From the IMG/VR virus record IMGVR_UViG_3300034524_000181, positions 1-64,000 of that record: 64,000 nt of DNA; one strand, given 5' to 3'. Origin of the DNA: a virus. Shown here piece by piece: positions 19,967 through 30,189 of the stretch (position 1 is the first letter of the stretch; each line of letters starts with the position of its first letter). A program made the translations under genes and the position numbers. The notes beneath the pieces were generated by a model. It was not told the origin of the DNA and made no database searches. It saw only the letters and a list, made by a program, of their open reading frames with translations.

Positions 19967-20197
19967 CTAAACAGCACATTTACTTTTCGCCCATGGCATT
20001 CTGCCGTTATAATACTTATCCGAAATATACCGCTGCATATCGGATGGTAAAGCCGCCAGCAAACGGTAAACCTTTTTCCTGTCTTCCTCTAAATCTTGGG
20101 CGCTTTTATAGAATGAACATTTCTCTTGTTGACACTTGCGTACAGTCAGTATATTGCAGCTATTCTTTCCGTTACTGCCAAAGCATTTATCGACCAT
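19967..20197 (-). CDS. Small Cys-rich hypothetical protein
   Basis: 76 aa with RBS; four N-terminal Cys. Confidence 0.6.
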   Translation of the reverse strand: MVDKCFGSNGKNSCNILTVRKCQQEKCSFYKSAQDLEEDRKKVYRLLAALPSDMQRYISDKYYNGRMPWAKSKCAV

Positions 20198-20273
20198 TTT
20201 TCCTCACTCCTGTTTTATGGCATAAAAAAGCCCCGAAGGGCTTATGAATTTTTATATCATTTTCCACGATATC

Positions 20274-20320
20274 ATTATATATGGGATACCTGTGTTTTAC
20301 ATCTCATAAAAATCTCATTT
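20274..20320 (-). promoter_or_regulatory. Activator-dependent late promoter, copy 2
   Basis: Same repeat plus TATAAT directly after the RinA/ArpU-like gene. Confidence 0.6.
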
Positions 20321-20776
20321 CTACTTCCCGTATAAAAGCAGTGCCAGATGATTAAGCGCCTTGTCCTTCCTGCGGTACACCTGTGCTCTTTCAAGAAACA
20401 GCTTCTCTCCGATGTTTGCTACAGCTTCTGTCTTGCTCACATCATTAACGAAAAATTCTGTCAGTATAAACTGTTCTTCCTCCGACAGGGCTTCCCAAGC
20501 AGGCTTGAACCACTCCATATATTCTAATGCCCGCCTGTAACGTTCTTTCAACACATCAATCTCGTCAAGGCAAGCAGCAAGGCGTTCTTCACCGCTTTTG
20601 GGATTGTGTTTGCCCGGAACTCCGGTAATCTTTGCACTATGAGGGCTTGTCATACGGGTTTCAACTTCATATATATCCTCATCACTGTGCTCGATAATGT
20701 ACTGCATGCTGCTGTAATCTTTCAAAGCTTCAACAGCAGCCGCTTTTTTATCTAAATACTGCCATGCAATCAGCAT
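20321..20776 (-). CDS. RinA/ArpU-like late transcriptional activator
   Basis: C-terminal HTH (LSEEEQFIL..F...IGEKLFLERAQVYRRKDKAL); position before packaging genes. Confidence 0.7.
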   Translation of the reverse strand: MLIAWQYLDKKAAAVEALKDYSSMQYIIEHSDEDIYEVETRMTSPHSAKITGVPGKHNPKSGEERLAACLDEIDVLKERYRRALEYMEWFKPAWEALSEEEQFILTEFFVNDVSKTEAVANIGEKLFLERAQVYRRKDKALNHLALLLYGK

Positions 20777-20867
20777 ATCGCACCTCCAAAAAATCAAGAT
20801 AAAAAACCTTGATCTTTGAAGCAGTGTGCTTTTTTGCATTGCTTTGCAGTGCTTGTTTCCTTGTTCG

Positions 20868-21170
20868 TTATTGCTTCGTTCCTTGCAGAAGGTCATACTT
20901 TTCCAGAATAACCTTCACCTCATCTACCGAATTGACAATCGCTGCCACCCCTCCGGCATTGAGGATTTTTTTGATGGTTGCTTCCTGCAGTTTTGTTGTC
21001 TTTCCCGATGGGGTTTTTACTTCAAAAGCTATAAACCGCCCATTTACACAGGCAATAATGTCCGGTATTCCTGCTGTCCCGTACATACCGCCATGTTCCT
21101 TCCAACAGAAACACCCTGGTACTGTCTTTAAGTACCGCAGGATTTTAGTCACAATACTCTTTTCAGACAT
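20868..21170 (-). CDS. VRR-NUC domain nuclease
   Basis: GIPD...FEVK.P.G....LQ motif. Confidence 0.88.
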   Translation of the reverse strand: MSEKSIVTKILRYLKTVPGCFCWKEHGGMYGTAGIPDIIACVNGRFIAFEVKTPSGKTTKLQEATIKKILNAGGVAAIVNSVDEVKVILEKYDLLQGTKQ

Positions 21171-21189
21171 AACCGCTCATCCTCCAAAA

Positions 21190-21466
21190 ATGTTACCTTT
21201 TCTCCTCTTGTTACCCTGGTATTTCTAAAAAGGTAACTTCTCAAACCCGCTTTACAAGCGCATTTTAGGATTTTGTTACCTTGTTACCTCTTTTTTGGGG
21301 TAGGTATAGACACAAATATTTATATTTTTTTATTTTTTATTTTTTCAAAAAATAATTTCATCTCTCGCACGTATATATAAAGTTGAGGTAACAAAGGTAA
21401 CATCAGTAACAAGTGGCTATTCACCAGCGTTTCGGGCGTTACCTTTTTGTTACCTTGTTACCTTTT
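21190..21466. repeat. GTTACC/GGTAAC repeat cluster with AT-rich core; candidate phage replication origin
   Basis: About 10 copies in both orientations around an A/T tract, downstream of the primase-helicase. Confidence 0.6.
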
Positions 21467-21472
21467 TCAATA

Positions 21473-24028
21473 CTAAAGAGGCTCAATATCTGTGATTTCA
21501 AAGCCGCTCACATCGCATCGCTCTTTCAGTATCGAGAAATCAAGAGCCCACGCTTTTTTTGTTTCATTCCCGAAACGCATCGTTTTATTGCTCTCTATAA
21601 AAAAGTCACTTTGCCTCAATTGCTTCAGAAACTGGTTATACGGAAGACATTCACCTGTGATTGCATAATCGCGTCTGTACTTGGTATAGCGGTCATATAC
21701 ATCGCAGAAACGAATCCCGATAACCTTGCCGCCTTTATCAAAAGTGTAATCCTGATTTGGAGCCAGTTTCATCCGGGCCATGATTTCCAGCGTCTGTTCT
21801 ACAATGGTCTTGTTATTGCTGCCGCCATCCAGTAAGTACTCCTGCACACCGTTTTGAAGATATCGAATACACGCCCCTTTGTTAATGGGAAACACTTCAG
21901 ACCATGTAACATTAAGGAATTCACACAGTTTGTTTACTAGGCTCAATCCGGCATAGCAACAGGCGAGATTATTGACGATACGGGATGGAAACTCATCAGA
22001 TATCTCTGACTTTGCTTCCTCATACCATTTCTCCGCATCCACGGGCGATACTCTGAGCGCTATATCCAGCAGGCTCCGACCGAAGCTTCCAAGCAGATCC
22101 GCTTTTGCACACAATTTATAAAATGCTTGCCTATGGCTAGCTGGTTTTAAGTCCTTCTTGCTGAAAAGCAATTCTATGCTCCGTTCCCTGATAGCCGCTT
22201 CGTCCGGGGATTCCTCACCAGCCACAATGATGGGTGCCAACAGTTCATAAGTAACAGCACTTTGATCCGCCCGGCCGCGGACACCTTCATGCCCGTCATA
22301 TGCATCACGAAGATGGTTGTATAAGGCATTAAGCCTTAATTTGTCTATCTTTGAAGGTTTGAATTCATCCATCAGCTGTGGTATCAGATTCGATGATGCA
22401 GAATCCTTCATCAATGTAAATGCAGTAACCTGTGTAGCCGCGCGGATTTTACTGCATGAAAATACCGGCAGAATAACCCGCTCCAATGTATTACTCTTTC
22501 CGCTACCCTGTTCTCCGACAAGCAATAAATGCGGAAATTTAATGCCCGATTTTTTAAGATGCGGTTTAATAAAGCATCCGGCCACCCAGGCCATCACTGA
22601 CACCGTTTTTATGGGTTCGTTATAGCTGAGGATCCACTCTCCAAGCATAACAAGCTGTTCCTTTGTCAATGGCTCAAAGGTAAGGATATCGGTTGTTATG
22701 CTTTTATACTTATCAAGCTGCACGATATCTTCAACAATGCTGCCTCCGGCTTCAATGGCACCATCCGTTGAAACATAGACCATCCGTCCGCCATGCTCAT
22801 AAATTCCAAGAGCCTTGACCCCTGTCTTCCGTACCCACTCCATTTCGGATATATAACCTTTAAGCAGTTCTAAATCCCCTTCAGAGCCAAAATAGCCTAA
22901 GGATATTGTCCGGCGGTTCAAGATATTTTTAAATTTTTGGATGTTATTGAAGTCGGTAGTCATAAATGTCTGGCGGTATATTTCATCACGGATTGTAATA
23001 AGATCAGCAGTCATCTGCGTTTCATCTTCCGATACAATCATCTCCACCGGTTGAATGATAAAATTTGTTATAGGATACACACTTTCGCCTCTGGTGCGGT
23101 AATACCTGCCCTCATGTTCAAAGATAACTGACTCGCTTTCGCGGCTGTATACGTTCTCTGTAACTTCAATGGCCTTATCCAGTGTCTCCTGCCCATATGT
23201 TGCTCCACTTGCATGATGTACCGTATCCCACTTTTCCCGGAATAACCCGGAATTTCTAAACAGCCTGTCCATCTGCTCTTTGTTTTTGCCTGACCAAAAA
23301 GCCAGCATACAGCAAAGAGCAAGGTCGGCTTCGGACTGGCTCGGATACCCTGCTTCCTGCCATTTTCCTTCCCATAGCAGATCAAATTCCTTATGGTTTT
23401 CGGCTGTACGGGCTTTCTCCAGAATTTCTTCATCTGTAAGCGGCTCTAGCTTAACCACCTTACTGTCTTTCTTGCTTTTTCCTCTCCGTTTTTTACTTTT
23501 GATATAATTCTCATGTATCCAGGCCAGTGCTCCGTTATCTTCGGCAATGCTATCAGGAGTCCCGGGCAACGGGTCGCCGGTCATTGTGAAGTACCTGCTG
23601 TGAGCATACATTTCAACGCCGGTTTTTGTGTTTTTATTGCCTTTGGCAGGCATCTCCCCTTTATAGAAGATATGAAGCCCGGTTCCTGAAGGACTGATTT
23701 CCGTATAGGACGGAAACCGCTCAAGGATATCCTTGGCGGTATCGCTTAATTCCCCAGTATTTTTGTCGCGGCAGTGATCGATGTCAACTCCTACTAAGCC
23801 TCCGCCTTTTGCGAATACAAAACCCAATCCGGTATAGAGATATTGTTCTTTAGCCGCAATCGCATCGTCAAGGGTCGACCAATCGTTTGGATTAGTGCTT
23901 GAGGCTTTTCTGCCGGTTAAGGGATTGTAAGGGATTTTACTGTCTTTTCCGTCCTTCGTGTTGGGTTCCAGACGCCAGCAGATCCATTGCTTCCGGTTTG
24001 CCAATTCTTTAGGGAATGAGATGCTCAT
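21473..24028 (-). CDS. Primase-polymerase (AEP, NrS-1-like) fused to a helicase/ATPase
   Basis: GVDIDHC, SPSGTGLH, SQSEADLAL, GEQGSGKS. Confidence 0.82.
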   Translation of the reverse strand: MSISFPKELANRKQWICWRLEPNTKDGKDSKIPYNPLTGRKASSTNPNDWSTLDDAIAAKEQYLYTGLGFVFAKGGGLVGVDIDHCRDKNTGELSDTAKDILERFPSYTEISPSGTGLHIFYKGEMPAKGNKNTKTGVEMYAHSRYFTMTGDPLPGTPDSIAEDNGALAWIHENYIKSKKRRGKSKKDSKVVKLEPLTDEEILEKARTAENHKEFDLLWEGKWQEAGYPSQSEADLALCCMLAFWSGKNKEQMDRLFRNSGLFREKWDTVHHASGATYGQETLDKAIEVTENVYSRESESVIFEHEGRYYRTRGESVYPITNFIIQPVEMIVSEDETQMTADLITIRDEIYRQTFMTTDFNNIQKFKNILNRRTISLGYFGSEGDLELLKGYISEMEWVRKTGVKALGIYEHGGRMVYVSTDGAIEAGGSIVEDIVQLDKYKSITTDILTFEPLTKEQLVMLGEWILSYNEPIKTVSVMAWVAGCFIKPHLKKSGIKFPHLLLVGEQGSGKSNTLERVILPVFSCSKIRAATQVTAFTLMKDSASSNLIPQLMDEFKPSKIDKLRLNALYNHLRDAYDGHEGVRGRADQSAVTYELLAPIIVAGEESPDEAAIRERSIELLFSKKDLKPASHRQAFYKLCAKADLLGSFGRSLLDIALRVSPVDAEKWYEEAKSEISDEFPSRIVNNLACCYAGLSLVNKLCEFLNVTWSEVFPINKGACIRYLQNGVQEYLLDGGSNNKTIVEQTLEIMARMKLAPNQDYTFDKGGKVIGIRFCDVYDRYTKYRRDYAITGECLPYNQFLKQLRQSDFFIESNKTMRFGNETKKAWALDFSILKERCDVSGFEITDIEPL

Positions 24029-24450
24029 TTACACCGCACCTCCTCGCATCGTTCATTAAAATACCGGATCGGAATGCTGCGCTGCTTTGCCTTTTCAATC
24101 TCAATGGACATCCCTTTAGTAATTTTTCTGCCAAATACCCACACTTCTGAGCACTTTGACATCAGTACCATGCCAAAGTACAAGCCCAGATTTCGCATTT
24201 GTTCATCATCGTCGTCCATAAACTGCGGAAACAAGAGGTGCGGAGCAATAGGTATGCAATTCCTGCTCACTGCAAAGCGGCAATACCCCTGAGCCTTACG
24301 GATATTGCGTTCAGTGTCCCCGGCATATGGGCTGCAGATAAATACCATCGGTCTGTAAGGCGCTTTCCTGGCCTCTCGCTCAATCCTAAGCAGTGCTTCA
24401 TAAGGTGTGGGGTCGTAATATCCTTCCGCGTTAAACTTGCTGATACTCAT
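24025..24450 (-). CDS. DUF4406-like (nucleoside deoxyribosyltransferase-fold) protein
   Basis: FICSPYAG, APHL, GM..EI motifs. Confidence 0.7.
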   Translation of the reverse strand: MSISKFNAEGYYDPTPYEALLRIEREARKAPYRPMVFICSPYAGDTERNIRKAQGYCRFAVSRNCIPIAPHLLFPQFMDDDDEQMRNLGLYFGMVLMSKCSEVWVFGRKITKGMSIEIEKAKQRSIPIRYFNERCEEVRCK

Positions 24451-24465
24451 GGTATTACCCCCTGC

Positions 24466-25287
24466 CTATGCGCTTTTTTGTTCACGTTCGATTACAGGCA
24501 ATATACCTTTCTTGTTTTTAAGAAGGTCATAGATAAACAGCCTTCCTTTTTGTGTCCAATATGTGTGCATTACGCTTCTTTCTGCATCAATAGCATGGGT
24601 CTTGGATTGCGTGTATCCTTGATCGGCGTACTCCTGATATAAAAGCCAGCAGTTTCCCATTTTGTACTGTACCCCAAGTTCATGAAGCAGCTTATTGAAA
24701 GCGCGGCCAGACATTCCGTAATCCTTGGCAATCTTGCTGATCGGAACAAGGCTTTTATTTTGCAATATGAGATCATAATAGCTCGCCTTGGGCTTTAGCT
24801 CGCTGATAATCTGTTTATTCTTTGCATTTTCTATTTCTAAAGATTTCCGTCTGTCGCGTTCTGCCTTTAGTTCAGAGAAAATCCTGATACCATACTCCGG
24901 ATTAGAAATCATCTCTTCGATAACTTTATCTGTAGCATAAACTCCATATTTTCTGATCGTGGGCAGCACTTCATCAAAGACCCATCTTTCAAAGCGTTCA
25001 GCAGCAGAAAGTTTACTACGTATAATGAGACGATATAGATTTCCCTCGGTAATATAAGTCCGTTCAACATGCTGTTCAGTCGAGATACCATATTGATTTG
25101 TAGTTAAGGTGACCCCGTCGTGTTTCACGACCCCGTCTGGTTTGCAATGGCGTTGTATCGCATCACGAGGGTTACTATATCCTAGCATCCTTGCACAATC
25201 CGTTGCAGGAAAGTATTCCTTTCCATCAATAACGAGTACTTTAAGTTCTCCAAATTCTGTATTCTTAAAAACCTGTAAATTAGTCAT
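24466..25287 (-). CDS. Phage antirepressor (Bro-N + KilAC)
   Basis: FKNTEFG, FERWVFDEVLPTIRKYG, WTQKGRLF. Confidence 0.9.
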   Translation of the reverse strand: MTNLQVFKNTEFGELKVLVIDGKEYFPATDCARMLGYSNPRDAIQRHCKPDGVVKHDGVTLTTNQYGISTEQHVERTYITEGNLYRLIIRSKLSAAERFERWVFDEVLPTIRKYGVYATDKVIEEMISNPEYGIRIFSELKAERDRRKSLEIENAKNKQIISELKPKASYYDLILQNKSLVPISKIAKDYGMSGRAFNKLLHELGVQYKMGNCWLLYQEYADQGYTQSKTHAIDAERSVMHTYWTQKGRLFIYDLLKNKKGILPVIEREQKSA

Positions 25288-25291
25288 AATA

Positions 25292-27214
25292 TCAATCCTC
25301 CATTTCTTTCATTTCTCCAAAATTTCTTCCTACCGAAGCCTCTGCCACGATAGGTACATCAAATTCAGGGAAGGGTTGTGTTTCCATACACTCTTTTATA
25401 AAAACAACTGCTTCGTCCACCTTGTCTTCCGGTAATTCAAAAACCAGCTCGTCATGTATCTGCAGCATAGGTTTCAGCCAAAGCCTTTCGGGAAGTCCAC
25501 TGATGATGCGCCCACAGGCAAGCTTTAGAATATCTGCCGCTGTACCTTGAATAGGTGTATTTAATGCGCACCGCTCGGCAAACGACTTCTTGCCCCAATC
25601 TGATGACCGAATTCCCAGCAAGTATCTTCGCCTGCCCAGCCATGTTTCTGTATAGCAGCTTACAGCAGCCCGCTTTTTTACCTCATCCTGCCATTTGGCA
25701 AGACCGGGGTATCCGGATTTCAAGTTTTGAATGATGGTCTCACATTCGGACAAAGTTGGGTTCAGCCCAGCTTTAAATTTAAGTGTTCTCTGTAAGCCAG
25801 TAGGAAACAGGCCATAGAACACACCGAAATTGCAGTTCTTTGCAATGGTCCTACGCTCTTTATAATGTGGAGCATTTTTGTCTGCTGCCTCCTCAAAAGG
25901 AATGCGGTAAATAACAGAAGTGGTCTGAGCATGGATATCACCGCCAGTACGATAGGTTTCCAGCATACGTTTGTCCCTGCAATAAAATGCTCCGACGCGC
26001 AGTTCTATCTGTGAAAAGTCAAGGGATAAAAGAACCTTTCCGGCTGGCGAAATGATAAATTTCCGTACGCCTATTGGGTCATTATCTTTCTGCGGGCAAT
26101 TCTGCATATTCGGGTTTCTTGACGCAAATCTGCCTGTCTCTGTCCCCAGTGGCATAAGGTCCGGATGAATCCTGCCGGTATCCTCATCAATAAATCGAAG
26201 ATACCCGTCTATATAGGTGGATTTGAGTTTGCCCCATTTGCGGTACTCTTGCACCAGATCAAATAAGCGAGCAAGTTCAGGCCTGTTGGATTCACACCAT
26301 TCTTTTAATAGGATCATGGTTTCATCATCGGCAGCTTCCTGATGTTTTGCGGTCGTTTTCATTACCGGAAGACCGAGATCCACAAAAAGATATTTTTTAA
26401 ATGCTGAAGTTGAAGCATTTGCCCCAATCTCTACATTGCCGATAATTCCGGCAATCTCTTTTCTGATACTGACAATCTTTTCTGCGGCTTCCGCTTGTTT
26501 CTTCAGCATGGCTGACTTATCCACCAATATGCCGTTATACTTCATTATCCCGACATATACTGATGTAGGCGATTCTACCTCTTCCACAATAGTTCTGTGT
26601 TTGGGTAAAAATCTATCAAACCACTGATTGAAAACATGATACAAGCGAAGAGTGTAGTCGCTGTCAGCACAAGCGTAGCGGACAGTCTTCTCATCCTGAG
26701 GGTTCAATTTATCGAAAAACCGACCTTCAGTAACCGTTGAGAATTCTGTCATTTCTGCTTTGCAGAGTGCAGGCGCAAGCGTTTTAAGTCCGCTGTCAGC
26801 AAGATTTCTGAACTCCCACTTGCTTTTTAATGTAAGTTGTGATGCTGCAATCGTGTCATAGCAAGGCTTTTGAAGGACGATACCTCTTGCGTAAAGGAAC
26901 ATAGACTCAAAAGCCAGATTATGAGCAACTTTTATTACATCTTTTGATTCGAATAGTAATTTCAGATAATCCCATATTGCCGCCTGGTTCTCTGCATTTC
27001 GCCCGCTACGATGTTTAAGTGGAACATATATAGCAGTCCCTTCTGATACTGAAAAACTGATCCCTGTAATATCTGCTTTATGAGCATCCAGAGCTGCACT
27101 TTTATCGTTCCTCCATTTATCGTGGGGTGACGTTTCAAAGTCGAAAGCAAATAGGACAGTGTTTTTCAGATACTCTTTTATTTCAGACAGCATATAAACA
27201 CATTTGTATCCCAT
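25292..27214 (-). CDS. Phage family A DNA polymerase with 3'-5' exonuclease
   Basis: FDFET, TGRFAS, DFSQIELR, AKNCNFG..YG, QIHDE. Confidence 0.92.
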   Translation of the reverse strand: MGYKCVYMLSEIKEYLKNTVLFAFDFETSPHDKWRNDKSAALDAHKADITGISFSVSEGTAIYVPLKHRSGRNAENQAAIWDYLKLLFESKDVIKVAHNLAFESMFLYARGIVLQKPCYDTIAASQLTLKSKWEFRNLADSGLKTLAPALCKAEMTEFSTVTEGRFFDKLNPQDEKTVRYACADSDYTLRLYHVFNQWFDRFLPKHRTIVEEVESPTSVYVGIMKYNGILVDKSAMLKKQAEAAEKIVSIRKEIAGIIGNVEIGANASTSAFKKYLFVDLGLPVMKTTAKHQEAADDETMILLKEWCESNRPELARLFDLVQEYRKWGKLKSTYIDGYLRFIDEDTGRIHPDLMPLGTETGRFASRNPNMQNCPQKDNDPIGVRKFIISPAGKVLLSLDFSQIELRVGAFYCRDKRMLETYRTGGDIHAQTTSVIYRIPFEEAADKNAPHYKERRTIAKNCNFGVFYGLFPTGLQRTLKFKAGLNPTLSECETIIQNLKSGYPGLAKWQDEVKKRAAVSCYTETWLGRRRYLLGIRSSDWGKKSFAERCALNTPIQGTAADILKLACGRIISGLPERLWLKPMLQIHDELVFELPEDKVDEAVVFIKECMETQPFPEFDVPIVAEASVGRNFGEMKEMED

Positions 27215-27271
27215 GCGGTTCTCCTTTCCGCCCTATCGGAGATGGAAGTTACTCTCCGATAGGGCCTTTGA

Positions 27272-27769
27272 TCACTTAAGCGGCTCAGTAATTTCACCTG
27301 ATTCAGGGTCTACGGTTATTACGTCTTCACTGACAGGTTCAGTATCATGGCCTACGCGGGTACTGAATGCTTTGACCTGTTCGGAAAGCTTGGCTATCAG
27401 TGCATATTCGTCAGCGGTCAGATCCCGATCTACTGCAAACTGAGCTTGGGAATAGGTGATACCGCTTGAATTGGTCGCCTTTTTCAAAGAAAAGCGAGTA
27501 ACAACGCTGTTTGATTTTTTGCCTTTAGAAAGCAGCCTTTTGATGTAACGAGAGAACTCTTTCAACGATCCTGTGGGCAAAGAGAGTATCAACGGGAAAA
27601 TCTCCCCTTCACGCAGTACATATATCCTGCGGCGGTTCTTGCAAGCTTTGCTGCCGTTTTCCCCCGAACCAAACTGATTATATGGACATTTGGCACAGCT
27701 TCCTCCGGGGTCTCCTTCGCCGGTTATACCATCAAAGCTTCCGCAATCCGGTGGGTTACTGCCTCCGGT
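27272..27769 (-). pseudogene. 5'-truncated Cys-rich phage replication-module protein
   Basis: Phage-like frame [14 protein letters not shown]...[11 protein letters not shown]...ACKNRRR with no cognate start; abuts ilvB DNA. Confidence 0.7.
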
Positions 27770-28744
27770 ATGCCTGTAGCAACTACCTTAATGGGCTTAG
27801 GCGGTTTTCCTTCAACCCACCCCTTGTATACAGGATTGGTTGGAATGCATGGTACAAAAACTTCAAACCTTGCGGTTTCCAATTGTGACTTATTTATTGC
27901 TGTCGGCGCAAGGTTTAGTGATAGGGTAATAAGCGATGTAAAAAGATTTGCACCCAATGCAAAGATCATGCATATTGACATTGACCCGGCCGAAATAGGA
28001 AAAAATATTACTGTCCAGTATCCGATGGTTGGGAATATTAAAAAAATACTGCACAAACTAAATCAGATGATTGATGAAAACTAAAGAAAAGAATGGATTG
28101 AACAAATTCAACTTTGGAAAGAGCAGTATCCGCTCTCCTATGATAAAAATTCATCATTAAAACCCCAGTTTATCATAGAAAAAATATATGAGCTTACAGA
28201 AGGAAAGTCCCTTATTACAACGGAAGTAGGTCAAAACCAATTGTGGGCTGCCCAATATTATAAATACACCGGACCCAGGACCTTTATATCCTCAGGCGGG
28301 CTAGGAACCATGGGTTATGGCCTCGGAGCATGCATTGGAGCACAAATTGGCAGACCGGATAAAAAGGTATTTAATATTGCAGGGGACGGAAGTTTCCGCA
28401 TGAACTGTAATGAACTTGCTACAGCTGTTGAATACAAATTACCTATTGTAGTGGTAATATTAAATAATCACGTACTTGGAATGGTAAGGCAGTGGCAGGA
28501 TCTCTTTTACGGCAGCCGTTTTTCATGCACTACCATCGATAGGGGAACCGATTTTGTAAAGCTTGCGGAAGCCTATGGCGCGAAAGGAATACATGTTACC
28601 AGCAATTATGAAGTGGAGGATGCAATAAAAGAAGCACTGGCGTCATCTGGTCCGGTAGTAATAAATTGCGAAATAGACAGGGATGAAAAGGTATTTCCAA
28701 TTGTACCACCCGGTGCACCCATTGTGGAAAGCATTGTTGAATAA
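27770..28744 (+). pseudogene. ilvB: Acetolactate synthase large subunit, 5'-truncated, with in-frame TAA at 28082-28084
   Basis: [33 protein letters not shown]; both ORF pieces are in one frame. Confidence 0.88.
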
Positions 28745-28768
28745 AATAATAGTCAAATTAAATAAACC

Positions 28769-28806
28769 ATAAGGGGCAGACACAGTTGTCCGTCCCTTAT
28801 TTTTTA
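28769..28806 (+). terminator. Intrinsic terminator after ilvB
   Basis: ATAAGGG..CCCTTAT stem plus T-run. Confidence 0.7.
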
Positions 28807-28873
28807 TGCATTTTAACGAGGTAGGTAGGACATAGCCATATATTTTTTTTGGCGCACAAAAGAATTCAAAAGG

Positions 28874-28902
28874 TTGCAATCTCTTATAAATAAAAGTATA
28901 AT
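28874..28902 (+). promoter_or_regulatory. sigmaA promoter for the corA leader
   Basis: TTGCAA-17-TATAAT. Confidence 0.75.
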
Positions 28903-28971
28903 ATCATTAGGTAATTAAATAAATTTTTAAAATAAAAAAACACAAGATTTAAGTAAAGGATGGTGATGTTA

Positions 28972-29124
28972 ATGGATACGGATCCTTATCCGAACCAAAG
29001 CAGTATGTATAGAAGTTTTTGCAAACAATATACATACGAGATGTATAAAAAAATTCAAAAGGGTTTGGCAGAGGAAGAGTATTTTTTGACATTGCCAGAA
29101 ATAATTTACTTTAATACCGTATAG
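28972..29124 (+). CDS. Putative 50-aa leader peptide (MDTDPYP..., MgtL-like) upstream of corA
   Basis: AAGGA/GGTG RBS, ATG...TAG; 3' part complementary to a downstream anti-SD segment. Confidence 0.6.
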   Translation: MDTDPYPNQSSMYRSFCKQYTYEMYKKIQKGLAEEEYFLTLPEIIYFNTV

Positions 29125-29250
29125 TGGTGGGTTAGGTTGTCAAAAAGCTACTCTTTCTCGTCATGCACAAGTTAAATGCACTTTAAATGATGTAGTCAAT
29201 AGATCCACGAACTGCAATTTAAAACAGACTAAGAGAATGGGGGTAGCAGA

Positions 29251-30183
29251 ATGCTATGTGTATACAAGACGATAGATGGAAAGATTCAAGAAATGGACAG
29301 GATTGAAGAGGGTTGCTGGATTAATCTAGTATCTCCGACTGAAAGTGAGATTGATAGCGTAGTGCAAGCACTTAATGTAGATCCCGGCTTTTTGAGAGCT
29401 GCGTTGGATGATGAAGAGGCATCGCGAATTGAATCGGAGGATAACCAAACACTTATTATTATCGATATTCCATTAGCGCAACAAGATGAGGATACAATTT
29501 ACTTTTCCACCATACCCTTAGGTATAGTTATTACTGATAAAAATATAGTTACCATATGTTTGAAGGAAAATTCCATAATTAATGAATTTTCAAATGGTAT
29601 TGTAAAGTCCGTTTATACGAATATGAAGACGAGATTTGTCCTGCAGATATTCTTTAGAGTTGCAACCCGGTTTTTACAGTATCTTAAGCAAATAGATAGA
29701 ATAAGTAACGAAGTGGAGAATCAGCTTCATAAATCTATGAAGAATAAGGAGCTAATCCAACTGCTTGGACTAGAAAAAAGCTTGGTTTACTTCTCCACAT
29801 CCTTAAAAGCTAATGAAATTACAATGGAAAAGATTCTAAGAGGTAGAACTATTAAGCTTTACGAAGAAGATCAGGACTTGTTGGAAGATGTAATTATTGA
29901 GAACAAGCAGGCTATCGAGATGTCTAATATATATAGCAGTATATTAAGCGGTATAATGGATGCCTATGCATCTATAATCTCAAATAATTTAAATATAGTA
30001 ATGAAGTTTTTAACATCCGTAACGATTGTACTGTCTTTGCCAACGATGGTAGCGAGTTTTTATGGTATGAATGTTGAGCTGCCGTTTCAGCATTCGCCCC
30101 ATGCCTTTTTGTTTACCATATCGTTGTCCCTTGTATTGGTATGTACAGCTACATTCATTTTGGTAAAAAGAAAAATGTTTTGA
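29251..30183 (+). CDS. corA: CorA family Mg2+/Co2+ transporter
   Basis: C-terminal two TM helices with YGMN signature. Confidence 0.93.
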   Translation: MLCVYKTIDGKIQEMDRIEEGCWINLVSPTESEIDSVVQALNVDPGFLRAALDDEEASRIESEDNQTLIIIDIPLAQQDEDTIYFSTIPLGIVITDKNIVTICLKENSIINEFSNGIVKSVYTNMKTRFVLQIFFRVATRFLQYLKQIDRISNEVENQLHKSMKNKELIQLLGLEKSLVYFSTSLKANEITMEKILRGRTIKLYEEDQDLLEDVIIENKQAIEMSNIYSSILSGIMDAYASIISNNLNIVMKFLTSVTIVLSLPTMVASFYGMNVELPFQHSPHAFLFTISLSLVLVCTATFILVKRKMF

Positions 30184-30189
30184 AAATAA

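Larger units (their letters stand above)
1..27771 (-). mobile_element. Prophage A (HK97-like siphovirus, PolA-encoding); continues left of the window; early/immunity end missing
   Basis: Contiguous minus-strand replication, packaging, head and tail genes; ends mid-gene at ~27770. Confidence 0.93.

Noticed and set aside
28910-29250. M-box (ykoK) riboswitch before corA
   Set aside because: Consensus core not recognisable; leader ORF plus alternative pairing explains the region better
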